The translations under genes were made by a program, and so were the position numbers. Of a stretch of DNA of 64,000 nucleotides, positions 26,346-39,474 are shown piece after piece. The first letter of the stretch is position 1. The number at the start of each line of letters is the position of its first letter. This DNA is from Octopus vulgaris. Taxonomy: Eukaryota. Below the pieces are notes generated by a model. The model saw only the letters and a program-made list of their open reading frames with translations, ran no database searches and was not told where the DNA came from. The stretch spans positions 35,898,001-35,962,000 of the forward strand of contig OX597817.1 in NCBI GenBank assembly GCA_951406725.2. Reading direction: 5' to 3'.

Positions 26346-27165
26346 CATCATCATCATCATCAACATCACCTTTGTGCATGTTTGTTTGTGTATGCATATC
26401 AGCACAGAGCTGTCTACGCACGCACACACACCTTATATAATTGAACCACGCACATTAACCCAGGCATTACAATTTTAGTTAATTGAAGTGTGATATTTAA
26501 CCACTGAAGGTTTGCAATGACATCACAGATAGTCGGAACTTTGGTTTTATATCTATGTAAATAGTACGAATGAGAAGACAGAACATAAAATATACCGCTT
26601 AAAGAAAATAGGAATATTTCCCACAAAATACTTCGCGCAATTTAAATATTTTGGTGAGTATACACCTCGTCAGCCACAGCTGAACTGAAGACAATTACTA
26701 GTTTAGCCATATATATTTTATACACATATAAAACATACATTATTTATATATTTTCATCCATACATAAATGTGATTATAACAATTCATACGAAAACGATTC
26801 AAGCAGTACATTTCTACTATAAATGCATGTTGCAGTCTTTCATATTTTCTCCTTATATCTGAACAAAGATTGACTGAATCGTTTGTAATAGGAAAAAATC
26901 TATTTATATAGTTATCTGTTGAACCTGACCAAACCTGTTTAGTTATTTGACAAATACATTTAAGAGTTAAAATCTATTTCATGTTTCATTTTGTGTAGAC
27001 GTGTCCTCGCTACAGTAACTTTGATTTTTTATTATCCTTCAAACTCCTTCATTCACTCTATCCTGAAGAAGGAAAATAGATTAATAAGTGGCGGGAAAGC
27101 AAAAAAGAATAATTAGAAACAAAAAGACAATCAAGACTTGGAAAATTTAATTAGATTTTTAAGTA

Positions 27166-28164
27166 ATGGCTGTTGGTGGGAGCAGTTTGGATGGATTTTC
27201 TCGAGAACACCGAGATCTGACGGAAGGTATATTCGAAGAAGATATTTCAGTGGAAAATTTAATGAGAAATTCATTATCAGACGACAACAAAACTGTTGAT
27301 AAATCGGTGACTTTCACAGATTGGACTGATGATGTTTACTGTGAGATTTTCACTGAAAACGGCTCCAGTTGTCAAGATTCTGATAGCATGGCTTCAGATA
27401 AATTTAACTCTGACGATAATAATTCAGTAACGAACGAATCTGAATCTTCGAATAAGTCTAATGATGGAAAATCGAAAATGATATCTTTAGAAGGATCTTT
27501 CAAAAACATGGGCTTCATGATGTCTTCTGTTGCAAAGAAGATACGAGCACCGATTGACAAACTGAGGAATTCCAAGAAGGATGAACCCCCACCGCGACGA
27601 AGAAAGTCTTCCTTTGCAGAACTTTCAAGTGTGAAAATAAACAAACTTCCTCAACTGTTCGTTGCTAAATACCTGGGTAAGAGAAATTGTACAAATTTAG
27701 TCGGAGCACGAGTAACGAAGAAGCACGTGGATAGCATGATGAAAACAATATTGAAAAAAGTTGATTCTTCGGGAGATATCGAATTACCATTGAAGTACAT
27801 AATCGTATCAACGAAAGGCATGCATTTTAAGGAACATCCTTTGAACCAAGTGAAAGGAGTCGACGATCTAAAGGACTGTTCTTTAGAGTCAATATCCTAC
27901 TGTGTACAAGATATCAAGTACTGGCGAGTTTTTTCTTATATTTTAGTCAAAGAACTATCTTCCAGGAATTACGTTGCTGAATGCCATGCTTTTCTCTGCG
28001 ATTCTCCGGTAAGTGCCCGTAAAATGGTTGTTTCTTTAGCTGCCGCTTTCAAACTACAGCTGGAAAAACTGAAAAAAGAAGGTTTGGAAAACCAGCAGTT
28101 TTGCGTAGAACTTCGAACTCCCAGTGAATTAAAGACTTCCCTGGGTGATGACTGTGATGTTTGA
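27166..28164 (+). CDS. PTB/PID-domain adaptor protein (332 aa), LDLRAP1/GULP/FAM43-like; CDS contained in one exon
   Basis: Long non-repetitive ORF with an acidic/Ser-rich N-terminus. PTB signature FVAKYLG...IIVSTKGMHF...ISYCVQD..RVFSYI..ECHAFLCDS..ARKMVVSLAAAFK. Candidate acceptor tttcattttgtgtag|26999 upstream and AATAAA at ~28279. Confidence 0.9.
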   Translation: MAVGGSSLDGFSREHRDLTEGIFEEDISVENLMRNSLSDDNKTVDKSVTFTDWTDDVYCEIFTENGSSCQDSDSMASDKFNSDDNNSVTNESESSNKSNDGKSKMISLEGSFKNMGFMMSSVAKKIRAPIDKLRNSKKDEPPPRRRKSSFAELSSVKINKLPQLFVAKYLGKRNCTNLVGARVTKKHVDSMMKTILKKVDSSGDIELPLKYIIVSTKGMHFKEHPLNQVKGVDDLKDCSLESISYCVQDIKYWRVFSYILVKELSSRNYVAECHAFLCDSPVSARKMVVSLAAAFKLQLEKLKKEGLENQQFCVELRTPSELKTSLGDDCDV

Positions 28165-28689
28165 TGCTGACAATACAATTTAATTAATTCCATTTCAGTT
28201 TTTTAAACAAATCCATGCTAACAGACATTAAACTCAGTTGTACATATCATGTCACTATCATCAAATATATAAATATTCAATAAATTGAATGTGTGTGTAT
28301 ATATATATATAATGTGGACTTAGAATCTTTATTTCATGTTTATTTCATTTATTAATATTCATAGTGAGAACATACTTGTGAGACAAGTTCGGTTTATATA
28401 TGCCTTAAATGTTTGTATGTATACGTTCGTAATTATGTATATGTATTTGTGTGCGTATTTTGTGTGTGTGTTTATATATGTATATGTATATATGTCTATG
28501 TATACAAGTATATATGTATGTGTATATATGTATGTATATATATGTATGTCCCCGTCACTTAGCGGTTCGGCAAAAAAGACCGATAGAATAAGTACTGGGC
28601 TTACAAAGAATAAGTCCCGGGGTCGAGTTGCTCGACTAAAGGCGGTGCTCCAGCATGGCCGCAGTCAAATGACTGAAACAAGTAAAAGA

Positions 28690-28729
<40 letters not shown>

Positions 28730-28965
28730 CTATAAATTAATGAAAGCGGCATTTCTATGCTAAAACATTACGTTACTAAAATACAACTACATATACACAA
28801 GCTCATACGTAGACACGCATGCACACACAGACATGTACGCACACATATACAATTACACAACACACACACTCACACACAGCATGCTCACAGCTGTGTGTAT
28901 ATATATTATACCATTTCCAAAGGAACGCTATATGTGTACTTGCATTTCTCTCTCTGTCTCTCTTT

Positions 28966-29007
<42 letters not shown>

Positions 29008-29122
29008 ATATATATATACATGTATGTATGTATGTGTATATATATACATACATACATACATATACATTATATATATATATACATGTATGTATGTATGTGT
29101 ATATATATACATACATACATAC

Positions 29123-29164
<42 letters not shown>

Positions 29165-29204
29165 ATGTGTTTGTGTATATATATACACACATACATATTA
29201 TATA

Positions 29205-29254
<50 letters not shown>

Positions 29255-29263
29255 ATGTATATA

Positions 29264-29308
<45 letters not shown>

Positions 29309-29501
29309 TTATACACACAAAACACACACACATATTTAAGATCTAAATTAAAGAAATTGAAAAGAGAGCCGCATCCTAACTGCACCCTAATTACTAAAAG
29401 AAGTAAAAAATAGAAGACATATAAAGATATATATAATATACATATGGCGTGGGCCTATACTGGCCGAAACCTATCAAAGTTATATAATATTATATACATA
29501 T

Positions 29502-29912
29502 AGGCACAGGAGTGGCTGTGTGGTAAGTAGCTTGCTAACCAACCACATGGTTCCGGGTTCAGTCCCACTGCGTGGCATCTTGGGCAAGTGTCTTCTGCTA
29601 TAGCCCCGGGCCGACCAATGCCTTGTGAGTGGATTTGGTAGACGGAAACTGAAAGAAGCCTGTCATATATATGTATATATATATATGTGTGTATGTGTGT
29701 TTGTGTGTCTGTGTTTGTCCCCCTAGCATTGCTTGACAACCGATGCTGGTGTGTTTATGTCCCCGTTACTTGGCGGTTCAGCAAAAGAGACCGATAGAAT
29801 AAGTACTGGGCTTACAAAAAGAATAAGTCCCGGGGTTGAGTTGTTCGATTAAAAGTGGTGCTCCAGCATGGCCGCAGTCAAATGACTGAAACAAGTAAAA
29901 GAGTAAAAGAGT
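29502..29912 (+). mobile_element. Full-length SINE family 1
   Basis: Nearly identical to 4111-4530. Confidence 0.85.
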
Positions 29913-30416
29913 ATATATATATATGTATATAATTTAGAGAAATAACCTCTATTACGTAATTCAATAGTGAAACACATTATCCATATTATATAGGAAAAAT
30001 TTAAATATTCTATAATAAATATTATTCAAAAAATCACTAAATTAAATATTAAATTAACTACGCGCGTTTTGTGACTATATCTTTAAAGTGATAATAATAA
30101 AATCGATACTATTAAAATTAATTCGAATAAAATATAACAATATTAATGAAAAATAAAATCATAACTTATCTTTTACTCCAATATATATAAAGGCTAGCAA
30201 AGTTAGTGGTTATAATAACTAAGTGATAAAATATCCGTATATACTTTCAGTGTCAGTTACCCGTGTTATTTCTGGGTATGGGTATGCAGGCACACTCAGC
30301 TCGTAGGGTACAGGTAACAACAGAATAAACAAAAGTTTATCAGGAGTCAAATATATATAATCAGAAAACGAATAAAACCTCAGATCGGCAAATTGGACCA
30401 CATCTATAGATTATTA

Positions 30417-30933
30417 TCTATATATATAAAACTCTAGTTGTGTGAGTGTCTGTCCCCTTCGATTTAGATTCCTAACTCCTCCCACATTTTGCGGTGCAGT
30501 TTAACCAAATTCGGGTATCTTATAGTCGTGATTCATATCGAGCCCGTCTGGCTATTAGCGCGCGTCAACGATGAGTCCACGATTTTAAGAATAATTTAAC
30601 ATAATTTTTTATTTCATTTTAATGCATAATTTTTCGTGTGTCGATGGCGGCGGAGTTGGCGTCCACGCTCAAACACCTGCACCTGTGTTTGCTTCTCGCC
30701 CTTCTTCCCTCCCTCATGAAGCTGTGGGGAAGGGAGTGTAAAGAAATCAACGTCGTAATGCGTTGTCAAGGAGACCAGCGTTCTTTTAGAACAACGACTT
30801 CATGGCTTGAAGACACCAAAACAGAAATGGCTAAGAAAGCCCGAATTGGCATCTATAAAGGAAGTAACTCTCTAAAAATGCTTATATAGTTATTTCCCTT
30901 ACAAACCCGAGCAACGCCGGGCGATACTGCTAG
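30417..30933 (+). mobile_element. Non-autonomous Helitron type A inserted into a foldback module (30353-31075)
   Basis: A|TC...cccgagcaacgccggg..CTAG|T. The flanks are inverted arms aatcagaaaacg..ttggaccacatc / gatgtggtccaa..cgttttctgatt. Confidence 0.8.
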
Positions 30934-31192
30934 TTTAATATAAAACATTACATAACATTTATCTCACATAAATGTCATGTAATGTTTTGTATTAATTAAT
31001 GAGCTATTGATGTGGTCCAATTGATTTGTTTGCTGGTCTGAGATTTTCTCCGTTTTCTGATTATTTATATATATATATATATATATCATCATCGTCGTTT
31101 AACGTCCGTTCTCCATGCTAGCATGGGTTGGACGGTTCGACCGGGGTTCTGGGAAGCCAGAAGGCTGCACCAGGCTCCAGTCTAATCTGGCA

Positions 31193-31234
<42 letters not shown>

Positions 31235-31622
31235 TCTTTACTCTTGACTGTGGCCATGCTTGAGCACCGCTTTTAGTTGAGCAAATCGACCCCAGGACTT
31301 ATTCTTTGTAAGCCTAGTACTTATGCTATCGGTCTCTTTTTGCCGAACCACTAAATTATGGGGACGTTAACACACCAGCATCAGTTGTCAAGCAATGTTT
31401 GGTGGGGGGACAAACAGACACACAAACACACTCACACATACATATACATCTACGCATATACGACGAGCTTCTTTCAGTTTCCATCAACCAAATCCACTCA
31501 CAAGGCATTGGTCGGCCCGAGGCTATAGTAGAAGACACTTACCCAATGTGCCACGCAGTGGAACTGAAGCCGGAACCATGTGGTTGGTAAGCAAGCTACT
31601 TACCATACAGCCTCCTGTACCT
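31235..31622 (-). mobile_element. SINE family 1
   Basis: Reverse complement of the consensus. Confidence 0.8.
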
Positions 31623-31762
31623 ATATATATATATATATATATATATTTTCTACCTTTTACATCTTTTAGTCATTAGGGAGCAACTCAGACTTTTCAATTC
31701 CTTTAATTTAGATCCTAAATATGTGTGTGTGTGTATGTGTTGTGTGTGTGTGTGTGTGTGCG

Positions 31763-31799
<37 letters not shown>

Positions 31800-31801
<2 letters not shown>

Positions 31802-32165
31802 TGGTTGCCTGCCTCCTATACCTTCAGCTTAAAACCATCATGGCATCTGATGTGGCTTTTTAAACCAGACAATGTTCTGAAAAGGCACCCACATAGATTG
31901 CACCTCCGATTTGGACCACCAAGAGCTGAGATAAGTTCTGCTCTTTGTGAATCTTAAAATATTTTTTGAAGCCTCCGTTGGATTTGCAAACCTTCTGGCA
32001 TACACTGCATTCAAAGGTGTGCACAGACATATAGGTGGAGGTTCGTTTTCCACGGGTTCGCAAATGAGATTTGCGTCCAGCAAAAGAAAGGCATATATAT
32101 ATATAAACTTCTGGTTCTGTGATATAAACTTCATGTTTTAAAGCGATTGAGGTTAAAACCTTCCA
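31800..32165 (-). mobile_element. RTE-like LINE 3' end with C2H2-like tail
   Basis: FECSVCQKVCKSNGGFKKYFKIH followed by a short UTR. Confidence 0.5.
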
Positions 32166-32916
32166 CCATAGGTGCAGGAGTGGCTGTGTGGTAAGTAGCT
32201 TGCTTCCCAGCCACATGGTTCCGGGTTCAGTCCCACTGCGTGGCACCTTGGGTAAGTGTCTTCTACTGTAGCCTTGGGCTGACCAAAGCCTTGTGAGTGG
32301 ATTTGGTAGACGGAAACTGAAAAAAGCCTGTCGTATATATGCATATATATATGTATGTGTGTGTATATGTTTGTGTGTCTGTGTTTGTCTCCCCAACATT
32401 GCTTGACAATTGATGCTGGTGTGTTTACTTACCACACAGCCACTCCTGTGCCTATGATTAATTTATTTAAATTGTTTTAATTTAATGTAACTTATGTTTT
32501 CTTTGTCTCTCCTTTCTCTTGTCATTCTCTTCGTTAGTGCTATGAATCTGCTTTGATGTTTGCTTATCTGCCTGCTCTCTCATCAAATTTGGCCCATAGA
32601 CTGCTATGTACGAAGATAGAAGCATGGCTTTTACTTCTGGTAGCTATATTGCCTCCCACCAGCCATTTAGTACAAATAAGCCCTCAAACTTTTGATTTTT
32701 CTCTCAAAGGGTTTACATTCTGGCTACCTATCAGACACACATACTGAGATATCTGATAACAGATAAGATAAGTTGGTCTAGAGCATCCATCCATAGAAAC
32801 CATGTCAAAGTCAGACTGGACCCTGGTGCAGCTCTTCGGCTTGGCAGTTCTAGTTAAACTGTCTAATCCATGACAGCCTGGAAAGCAAATGTTTGATGAT
32901 GATGATGATGATGAGG

Positions 32917-32952
<36 letters not shown>

Positions 32953-33065
32953 CATGATATATGTATGTATGTATATGTGTTTGTATGTATATAGACCAAA
33001 ATGTGCCAGTCGCACATATTTGAACAACATAAATAAATACAGTAAGTTCTTGATTTATTAAAATT

Positions 33066-34746
33066 ATGCTAGTTATGGAAAGGGTCATAGCCCAATTAAT
33101 TAGGGAGAGAGCTAGCCTAGTTAAGATTCAGTTTGGTTTTGTGCCAGGGAGAAGCACCATTGATGCTATATTTCTGGTAAGGCAACTGCAGGAGAAATAC
33201 CTAGCCAAACATAAACCTCTGTACTTGGCCTTTGTTGCCTTGGAGAAACCCTTTGACAGGGTCCCCCGATCCCTTATCTGGTGGTCAATGTGAAAACTAG
33301 AGATAGACAAGTGGTTGGTGAGAGCTGTACAGGGATGCTACCAGTAAGATGAGGGTTGGCAATGAGTACAGCAAAGAATTCAGGTTACAAGTAGGGATTC
33401 ATCAACGATCAGTACTTAGCCCCCTCTTATTCATCATAGTCCCCCAGGCAATAAAAGAGGAATTCAAGACAGGCTGCTTCTGGGATCTCCTTTGTGCTGA
33501 TGACCTTGCTCTTATTGCCAAATCACTACCAAAACTAGAGAAGAAGTTCCAGGTATGGAAGCAAGGTCTAGAATTGGAAGGCCTTAGAGTTAACCTTGCA
33601 AAAACTGAAGTCTTATTAAGAAAGAAGGCAGACAAATCACAAATCCCTTCAGGTAGGTGGCCCTACTCGATTTGTAGAAAAGGCATAGGTAGAAACTCCA
33701 TAAGATGCACCTGATGTAAGCTTTGGACACATAAAAGGTGCAGCAGTATCAGAGGAAGGTTAACAGGGAAACTAGCTTTTGTATGTGGAAGGGCTAGGCA
33801 AAGTTCAGAGAGCTCCTACTTCTGGTAGCAACAAAGACCTCTCTCTCAGAGTGGAAGGCAGATTGTATGATGCCTGTGTGTGAACAGCTATGCTACATGG
33901 CAGTGAAACATGGGCTGTGACAGCTGAGGACATGTGTAGGTTTGAAAGAAATGAAGCCAGTATGCTTCACTGGATGTGCAATGTCAATGTGACATGTTTG
34001 ACAGAGTGTAAGCATCTTGAGAGAAAAGTTAGGCATAAGAGGCATCAGATGTGGTGTGCAAGAGAAATGACCATACTGATATGGTCATGTGATGCATATG
34101 GACAAGGACTGCTGTGTAAATAAGTACCCAATCTCTAACTGTGGAGGGAACCTGTGGTAGAGGTTGACCCAGGAAGACATGGGACGAAGTGGTGAAGCAT
34201 GATCTTCAAACTTTGAGCCTCACAAAAGCAATGACTAGGGACTGAGACCCTTGGCAATATGTTGTGCTTGAGAAGACTCTTCAAGCCAAGTGAAATCGTA
34301 GTCATGGCTGATGCTGGTATCATATAACTGGCACCTCTGCTGGTGGCATGTAAAGAGCACCTTTTGACTGTTGAGCCTCACGGAGGCAAAGTGGTTAAGT
34401 TCCTTTTGAGCGTTGGGCCTCAGGGAAGCAAAGTACCTGAGTTCCTTTCAAGTGTTGGATCTCATGGGGGCAATAACTGAGACCTTAGGCATTATGTTGT
34501 ACATGAAAAGAAGACCCATCAAACTGAACAGAATCACAGTCATGGCAGATACTGGTGTCATGCAAATGGCACTCATGCTGGTGGCACGTAAAAGCACCCA
34601 TTACACTCTCAGAGTGGTTGGTGTTAGGAAGGGCATCTAGTTGTAGAAAACCATGCCAAATCAGACTGGAGTCTGGTGCAGCCTTCCAGCTTACCATCCC
34701 TGGTCAAACCATCCAACCCATGCCAGCATGGACAATGGATGTTAAA

Positions 34747-34777
<31 letters not shown>

Positions 34778-34780
34778 GAT
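33066..34780 (+). pseudogene. RTE-clade LINE RT remnant plus 3' UTR and (GAT)n tail
   Basis: QFGFVPGRSTIDAIFLVRQLQEKY..LYLAFVALEKPFDRVPR; GIHQRSVLSPLLF; LCADDLAL; GLRVNLAKTEV; MLHGSETWAV. Stops and frameshifts are present. Confidence 0.9.
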
Positions 34781-36354
34781 CTTTAATTCTAGAGGTTGTG
34801 TCTTAATTACAAAATGGCATTTAAGACTAAGTTCCATCTGAAAAGGGGAAATGAACTCAAGGCTCAAGAATTCTCCAATTGATGAACCATTAAGGAAAAA
34901 CACCAGGCTTATTGTTAGGGAATATGAGGAGAGTTGTGGATACATTTTTCTGTCTCCTAAGGACCAGCAACCAAAGGACATAGACATGCACATAATAAGT
35001 TGAACACATTTAAGGCCTAGGTAATATATGTATATGCATGAGTTTGTTAACATATCTACATTTGTGTGTGTGTGAGTGTATACATATATATATACACATG
35101 AATATATAGTGTACAGTTCTGTGATGGTAATATTAACAAAAAATGTACTCCATCTAATGTGAGATAAATATCTAATAAACACAGTATATATTTTTATGAG
35201 TTACTAATATTATCTGTATTTCAAAGGGCCAGCTTTGTCATACTCTGTTTCACGCTGAATCTCCCTGAGAACTACGTTAAGGGTACACGTGTCTGTAGAG
35301 TGCTCAGCCACTTGCATGTTGATAAATGAGCTGCGACGTCACTGGTGCCAAGCTGTATTGGCCTTTGCCTTTCCCTTGGATAACATCAGTGGCTTGGAGA
35401 GGGGAGGCTGGTATGCGTGAGCGACTGCTGGTCTTCCATAAAACAACCTTGCCCAGACTTGTACCTCGGAAGGTAACTTTCTAGGTGCAATTCCATGGTC
35501 ATTCATGACCTAAGGAGGTCACAATTCTCACTTTAAGTTTATCTCTTTCGATTTTCTTTAAAATTCAGAGCCTCCACTGCAAATTATGATGTTTCTTGAA
35601 TGAATATGTCAATATAAACAATGCTATTGTAGGTAGCAAAAATAGGCAATGGTGGGTATATGTGTCATTACTTTCATGTTTGACTATTCTGTGATTGTAC
35701 TGGGAATAATTAAGGATGAAAAAATTTCAAAATACATCAATGACAGTCACTGACACAAACTAAGAATTATCACACAGAGAGAAAGAGAGAGCGAGAGAGA
35801 GAGAGAGAGAAAGAGAGATATATACATGCCTACATAAGCATACATACATGCATACACATACTCAAATAGATAGTTATATGCATGCATCTATCTGTCTGTC
35901 TGTCTACTTGTCCAGCTATCCATCTTTCCATCCATCTATCCATCCATCCATCCATCCATATTTTATCACTGTTGTCGACATCATCATCGTCATTTTAAAA
36001 TTCAGCCATAAGGAAATATTACCTTGCTTGGAAACAGGTAAAATGTAGGGCATCCAGTCTTAGAAAGTCTGCCTCAGTAAACTCTATCCAAGCATGGAGA
36101 AGCGAATGTTAAAAATGATGATGACTATGATGATGGTGATGGTGATGGTGATTAGCTTTTACTTGTCTCAGTCATTGGTCTGCAGCCATGTTGGGGCATC
36201 ACGTTGAAAGGTTTGGTCAAACAAATTGACCCCCGTCCTTGTTTTTTAATGTCTGCTATGTATTCTATCTGGTACTTTTGCTGAACTGCTAAGTTACAGG
36301 GCCAGAAACAAACAATTACCAGTTGTCAAGAAGTGGTGGAGAACAAATACAAAG

Positions 36355-36394
<40 letters not shown>

Positions 36395-36491
36395 ACATAT
36401 ATATATATATATAAATATATGCACAATATTTAATGCATATATAATATATATATCATATATGTGTATATATGCATATATAAATACACAAATT

Positions 36492-37119
36492 AAGTGTAGG
36501 TGTAGCTGTGTGGTAAGAAGCTTGTGGTGAGCTGGCAGAAACGTTAGCACGCCAGGCGAAATGCTTGTCTACCACTACGTTCTGAGTTCAAATTCTTCTG
36601 AGGTTGACTTTGCCTTTCATCCTTTCAGGGTCGATTAAATAAGTACCAGTTACGCACTGGGGTTGATGTAATCGACTTAATCCGTTTGTCTGAACTTGTT
36701 TGTCCCCTCTGTGTGTAGCCCCTTGTGGGTAATAAGGAAATAAGAAACTTGCTTCCCGACTACATGGTACCAGGTTCAGTCCCACTGCATGACACCTTGG
36801 GCAACTGTCTTCTACTATAGCCTCGGGTTGACCAAAGCCTTGTGAGTGGATTTGGTAGACAGAAACTGGAAGAAGCCAGTTGTGTATGTATGCATGTATA
36901 TATATATATATATATATATATCGGAGTAAATGTGCTAAGCAGTGTTTACGTATAATTACAATTTAGGTTAGTTGAAATGTTTGTCACATATTTCTCTCTT
37001 ATGGTAAAACAGTGTGAAAACATCCCGAACGAATTTTTTCTCCACGGTAACTGCAGTATATTTGCATTTAGCAGTTGAAATATGTAACAAACATATTTCA
37101 CATTTCAGCTAACCTAAAT

Positions 37120-37154
<35 letters not shown>

Positions 37155-37157
37155 CAT

Positions 37158-37189
<32 letters not shown>

Positions 37190-37370
37190 GTTTGTCTTGC
37201 CACCATCGCTTGACAACTAGTGTTAGTGTGTTTATGTCCCTGTAACTTAAAGGTTCAGCAAAAAAGACAGAATAAGTACTAAGCTTACAAAGAATAAGTC
37301 CTGGGGTCGATTTCTTTGACTAAAAGCAGTGCTCCAGCATGGTCGCAGTCAAATGACTGAAACAAGTGAA
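36492..37370 (+). mobile_element. SINE family 1 with a nested SINE family 2 (36524-36740) and a foldback module (36953-37122)
   Basis: The family-1 head is split at taagaagcttg...taagaaacttg (TSD-like). The family-1 3' half resumes at ~37190 after the TA tract that holds the inverted repeat. Confidence 0.75.
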
Positions 37371-37553
37371 AGAATAATATATAATATAGAAGTAAATGAA
37401 AGGATAAGCAAGTTAAGCAGATCAAAATATAAAATATATTAAAAACATTGAAATACAAGAAAAATGTATATATGCTTATGTACAATAAGGCCCGACTTAC
37501 AGAGAATACAAATGATATAGAGAGTTAAAGGGTTTGAAGAAAAGTATTACAAA

Positions 37554-37645
37554 TCCAACAGCTGTTTCTGGGGGCTCAGTGGTCCAAAATAATGTTTAGA
37601 GAGTGATTCCATCATAGAATTAGACAAGCCTCCATTTTCAGGGGA
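37554..37645 (-). ncRNA. Degenerate hammerhead motif with long stem II
   Basis: rc tccc-CTGAAAA-tggaggct...agccccca-GAAACAGCTGTT-gga; G8 is mutated. Confidence 0.45.
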
Positions 37646-37719
37646 GAGACCTTACATTCGAGACGTTGAAAGAAAGAAGTTCATAAATAGAATACATAAT
37701 ATGTATATATGTATATGAT

Positions 37720-38120
37720 ATTATTAAGTAAGAAAATGAAGATAGTTCAATGGATATAGATTAATTTATTAACATTTTTAATAAGGCCTACGATTGTTTC
37801 ATTTCACACTCAATACAAATTACAAACAGAATAAAATAAGTTTATCTTCAGGACCAATGGACATTAAGAAAACTACATGTTGATCAAATTAAATTCTCCA
37901 GCAGCCTGATGGAGAATCTCAATTGATCAGCATATAGTTTTCTTAATGTCCATTGGCCCTGAAGATATTTTACTCTAAATATTCAAAATGCAAATTTATT
38001 TTATTCTATATGTTTGTAATTTGTATTGAGTGAGAACTGAAACAACTGTAGGCCTTATTAAAAATGTTAATAAATTAAATTATATCCATTAATTTATATC
38101 TATTTTCTAACTTAATAATA
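37720..38120. repeat. ~400-bp foldback with a hammerhead motif in each arm
   Basis: Axis near 37905 (ttctccagcagcctgatggagaa). + motif 37955-38054 ggcc-CTGAAGA...GAAAC-aact-GTA-ggcc; - motif 37785-37855 ggtc-CTGAAGA...GAAAC-aatc-GTA-ggcc. Confidence 0.75.
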
Positions 38121-38239
38121 TCTGATATTCATAATATGCCTGTTTTTATATTGAAGAGATATTTCTCAACAATATAATATAGTAAACCAGTGTCACTTGG
38201 ATGAAACAATCTCCATAAGAGATTTATAAATCCTCGAGC

Positions 38240-38688
38240 GCTGAGTACCATACGAGTGACATCATTGCCAGAGCAACAAGCTGGCCTCCGTGCCGATGGC
38301 ATGTTAAAAAGCACCATTCGAGCATGATCGTTACCTGCGTCACCTTACTAGCACCTGTGCTGGTGACATGTGAAAAACATTCGAAGCGAGGTTGTTGCCA
38401 GTGCTGCTGGACTGGCTCCTGTGCAGGTGGCACATAAAAAGCACCATCTGTGCATGGCCGTTGCCAGTACTTCCTGACTGGCCCTCGTGCCGGTGGCACG
38501 TAAAAGCACCCACTACACTCTCAGAATGGTTGGCGTTAGGAAGGGCATCCAGCTGTAGAAACTCTGCCAGATCAAGATTGGAGTCTGATGCAGCCATCTG
38601 GTTTGCCAGACCTCAGTCAAATTGTCCAACCCATGCTAGCATGAAAAGCGGACGTTAATCGATGATGATGTTGATGATGATGATGATA
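38240..38688 (+). mobile_element. RTE-LINE 3' UTR with subrepeats and (GAT)n tail
   Basis: Same family as 455-870 and 63320-63787. Confidence 0.75.
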
Positions 38689-39474
38689 GGTTTCCACACA
38701 GTTTCCCTCTACTAGATTCACTCACAAGGTATTGGATTGGCTCAAGACTATGGTAGAAGGTACCACACTTTGGGACTGAATCTGAAATGATATGGTTGCA
38801 AAAAGCAAGCTTCTTAACCACCCACCTGTACAATATATAACAAAAATGAGAGAGTAGAAGCATAATAAAACAGAATTAAAGAGAGGGAGAAAGAGAAAGT
38901 GAGAGGATGAGCTAGTGAGAGAAAGAGAATGAGCACAGCATGCATGATTAAAACAAGTTTATGTTGTTGAGATATTTATGTAATTTGTCTATGATAGGTG
39001 TGGCCAACTTTAATGGACATATTTTTGTGATTTTAAATTCAAATAACCTCTGGCTTTTCACAAATACAACATTTACTGTCAAAACAGGTATGTGGATACA
39101 CACATGTCTCATTTCACCTGAGAATCTGAATTTTCATTAAGCAAAAAGAAGAAGAAAAAGAACTTCTTTATGTATTTTATTTTTAGTTTTAAATTATATT
39201 TTTGATCATTTGTTTCTTTTATAAAAATGTATACACTAAATCAAGTGACAATTACTTTCTATCATTCATATAATTTATTGCAAATGATATTTTGGATATA
39301 AATTTATGCATTCACCTGTAGTGCATGCTCACAAACATACACATGTTTAGCGATGTAAAGATAAACTTACGAGCATGTTTCTTTAGTAAACATATATTTG
39401 ACATCACTATATAAGGATAATCACTATGGTTAAATAAAAAAAGTTTTTATTTTCTGGTCAGGAAAGAGTGTGTC

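Noticed and set aside
27062-27100. ctgaaga...gaaa upstream of the PTB ORF (also ctgatga at ~63196) as hammerheads
   Set aside because: No paired stems I-III and no properly placed NUH triplet.
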